Source: Chrysomallon squamiferum
Taxonomy: Eukaryota > Animalia > Mollusca
Length of the DNA: 64,000 bases
Direction: 5' to 3'
NCBI GenBank assembly: GCA_012295275.1
Contig: CM022666.1
Span: forward strand, 14,012,001-14,076,000
The notes beneath the pieces were generated by a model, which saw only the letters and a program-made list of their open reading frames with translations, had not been told where the DNA came from and ran no database searches. The position numbers and the translations under genes were made by a program. Positions within the stretch are counted from its first letter, which is position 1. Each line of letters opens with the position of its first letter. Shown in pieces: positions 63,422 through 64,000 of the stretch.

Positions 63422-64000
63422 TTAAAAAAAATAAAATAAATATATTATTATTACTATTATTACTATATTTTCTTAAAACGAATTTACAGTTTAAAAGTTA
63501 TATTTTCTTGATTTAATTTGAGAAAATGTGTTGATAATAGTTACAATGTCTGCTTCAGGCAGACCTTTCTATTCACTGTTCATTAAAATGCGATTGTTTC
63601 GACATATGGTGGGAGTTCTCGAAAATTCGAAGCCCGTAGAGTATAGTACTTTTGTTCCTAGACTATACCGACATTTTTATCCTTTTCGTTTCAAGCGAAT
63701 TAGTTAAAATGAAGATATTCCAATGAAGGACGCCCCTATGATACATACCCGATGATATCAGGCAGCGATTCATTGCGAGATAAATATGTATTTTAGTAAC
63801 ATGTCAAAAATTATTTGGGCTTTCATTTCTCAAAGATACAATCAAGTGACAAAGTTTTGTGGCGCTCAAAACACTGGCGCTGTCTACGTCTTGTTGTTCT
63901 GACAGTGTCTCGTGTCGTGACGTCATCAAGTGGTTGTCAAAAGGAAACACAATGACGTATTTTCTGATTGCTTTTAAAAGATTAGAGGTAATTTGTCGCA

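Overview
AT-rich, microsatellite-dense animal genomic DNA with spliceosomal GT-AG introns; a lophotrochozoan such as a mollusc is my inference, not established. From left to right: (1) a degenerate telomere-like G/T-rich array (1-950); (2) a cluster of three intact intronless 494-aa clan-2 cytochrome P450 genes, two forming a ~2.06-kb inverted repeat, plus a decayed CYP fragment; (3) a 7-exon agmatinase/guanidino-acid-hydrolase (AGMAT-like, 354 aa) on +, followed by a second decayed CYP copy; (4) a 4-coding-exon gene on - for an uncharacterised 152-aa secreted Cys-containing protein, never assembled by the ORF track, with a TAATCC site cluster and an inverted repeat at its 5' end; (5) an 11-coding-exon chordin-like gene (CHRDL1/2 type: signal peptide, three VWC domains, very basic C-terminus; 454 aa) on -, with a uORF-containing leader exon; (6) ~15 kb of apparently non-coding upstream DNA with GC-richer islands and a CACGTA minisatellite. 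All exon models were assembled by hand and checked for splice dinucleotides and phase. No prokaryotic-type systems were seen, and most ORFs in the track are microsatellite artefacts.
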